Assembly: GCA_963664405.1 (NCBI GenBank) | Contig: OY761158.1 | Coordinates: forward strand, 2,592,001 to 2,656,000 | Length of the DNA: 64,000 nucleotides | Direction: 5' to 3' | DNA from: Thermoanaerobaculia bacterium | GTDB lineage: Bacteria > Acidobacteriota > Thermoanaerobaculia > Multivoradales > Multivoraceae | Program-made: the position numbers and the translations under genes | Part shown: piece by piece, positions 62,495 through 64,000 of the stretch | How positions within the stretch are numbered: the first letter of the stretch is position 1 | How the letters are laid out: each line of letters opens with the position of its first letter | Notes under the pieces: generated by a model | Told to the model about the DNA's origin: nothing | Databases searched by the model: none | The model's input: only the letters and a program-made list of their open reading frames with translations

Positions 62495-64000
62495 CTAAGG
62501 AACCTCACCACTCTCCAGGCGCACCGGTTCTCCGAAGCCGAGACTCACGACGTCGTCCTCGATCTCGGCGAGATCGCCGAACACCAACCAGGTGAGTTTG
62601 TCGGGTTGGATGAACTTCGCCGCCGCCGCATTGAGCTCGCCCTCGCTGAGCCGCTCGACGTTGGCCGCGTAGTCGTAGTAGTACTGCGGTTCGTAGCCAT
62701 ATCTGACCATCGTCGTGGCCGCCTCCTCGAGATCCTCCAGGGTCTCGAAGCGTCCGGGTAGCCTCAGCACCATATGGCGCTTGATGCTCTCGAGCTCTTC
62801 GCCGCGGATCGCTCGCTCGCCGGCGATGCCACGAATCTCAGCTAGAACCTCGAGCATGGATTCTTTGGTCTTGTCTCTCTGGACCGGGGCGATCACGATC
62901 ATCGGCCGCGGGCCACGCGCCTCACGAAGAGCACCATAGACACCGTAGCTCCAGTGCTTGTCGAGGCGCAGATTGCGGTTGAGCCGCGACGTCGCCATGC
63001 CGCCGAAGAGTCGCATGACTGTCTCCATCGCAAGGTCTTCGGGCTGCCCCCCAGGGAGGGAGAGCTGTGCCGCCACGATGACCGACTGCGGAGCGCCAGG
63101 TTTGTCGACGAGATACACGTTTCGACTCTTGCTTGGCGCCATTTCGGACAGATTCTTCTTCGGAACCTCTGCCCTCTGCCAGCTGCCGAAACCGGGCTCG
63201 ACCTGTCTTACCAGCTCGTCCATGGTGATGTCGCCGGCGACGATCAGGGTCGAATTGTTTGGGCGAAGCCAGGTGTTGTGCCAATCGGCGAGGTCCCTCC
63301 GAGTGAGACTCTCGACACTCTCCAGTGTGCCAGACCCTGTCAGCGGGCTCGAGTAAGCATGGCCGGCCCCGAAGAGTAGCGGGGGTACCAGGCGGAGCGC
63401 GGCAGCGGTCGGCTGCGCGAGCTCCTGCTCGATCCGCGCCAGCTGCCGGCGCTTCACGATCTCGAAGGCCTCCGGCGGAAAGGCCGGGCTCAGGACGATG
63501 TCGGCGTAAATCTCTAGAGCCTCGCCAAGGCCTGCCTTCAGAGCTCGCAGCCGGACGAAAGAGAGATCCAAGGAATTGTCGGTGGTGACAAAGGCCCCCA
63601 GAGCATCGAGATCGTCGACCACCTTGAAGCCATCCCGGCTGTCGGTCCCCTCTTCCATCATCTCGAGGGTCATCCGGGCCAAGCCCATCTTCTCCCCGGA
63701 GTCAGCGGCGAAGCCGGCATCCGAAGCCAGAGTAAAATTCACCAAAGGCACCCCGCGGCGCTCGAGTAGGAGCAGCTGGAGACCGTTCTCCAGCTGCCGC
63801 GACTGGACCTCTGGGAAAGGCAGCTTCGAGCGCTCCGTGAGCGCCGGCAGCACCGAGCGATCAACGTCTGTGCCGCTGCCTTCGAGCTCTGGATATGGCA
63901 CCACCGTGAGTGTGTAGTGATGCCGCCCCAGCCAGTCGCGACTGGTGGCCAGAACTTCTTCGCTCTGGGCTCTTGCCATTGTGCGAAAGCTGTCGAGGTA
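62495..64000 (-). CDS. M16 (pitrilysin-family) peptidase, C-terminal half; runs off window
   Basis: LENGL, GLARMT, YLVDKPGAPQSVI, SRLNRNLRLDKHWSYG. Confidence 0.9.
   Translation of the reverse strand, partial: YLDSFRTMARAQSEEVLATSRDWLGRHHYTLTVVPYPELEGSGTDVDRSVLPALTERSKLPFPEVQSRQLENGLQLLLLERRGVPLVNFTLASDAGFAADSGEKMGLARMTLEMMEEGTDSRDGFKVVDDLDALGAFVTTDNSLDLSFVRLRALKAGLGEALEIYADIVLSPAFPPEAFEIVKRRQLARIEQELAQPTAAALRLVPPLLFGAGHAYSSPLTGSGTLESVESLTRRDLADWHNTWLRPNNSTLIVAGDITMDELVRQVEPGFGSWQRAEVPKKNLSEMAPSKSRNVYLVDKPGAPQSVIVAAQLSLPGGQPEDLAMETVMRLFGGMATSRLNRNLRLDKHWSYGVYGALREARGPRPMIVIAPVQRDKTKESMLEVLAEIRGIAGERAIRGEELESIKRHMVLRLPGRFETLEDLEEAATTMVRYGYEPQYYYDYAANVERLSEGELNAAAAKFIQPDKLTWLVFGDLAEIEDDVVSLGFGEPVRLESGEVP

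Overview
GC-rich bacterial DNA. The Oar-type TonB receptor, PQQ-like propellers and heptamer repeats suggest Acidobacteriota (inference). About 1-60990 is a decaying accessory island at the 3' end of a tRNA-Glu gene (60992-61068, minus); only about 61100-64000 looks like core genome. The island holds an ORF-less group II intron, three TA pairs, three IS6 copies, an IS1111-type IS110, IS903/IS481-like/IS3/IS1380/IS1595 pieces, phage and plasmid fragments, a broken type I RM system, a DprA+PRTase pair and a nest of four elements (IS21-like A containing IS21-like B and a 477-bp MITE that itself contains an IS256). Best leads: (1) a near-intact operon joining a FumI-like aminotransferase, a Spinster-type MFS, AcoABC-like ThDP enzymes, a TonB receptor and Tat-exported epoxide-hydrolase-like proteins, a candidate pathway for 2-amino-3-ol (deoxysphingoid) lipids; (2) the MITE interior looks like a large pseudoknotted RNA; (3) one short motif, adjoining a tRNA-Glu-derived palindrome in two of its three copies, is hit by both the intron and the IS1111 about 3 nt apart; (4) four-gene IS21-like elements. 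All family calls come from motif recognition by eye, not database searches. Many frameshifts could be sequencing errors.
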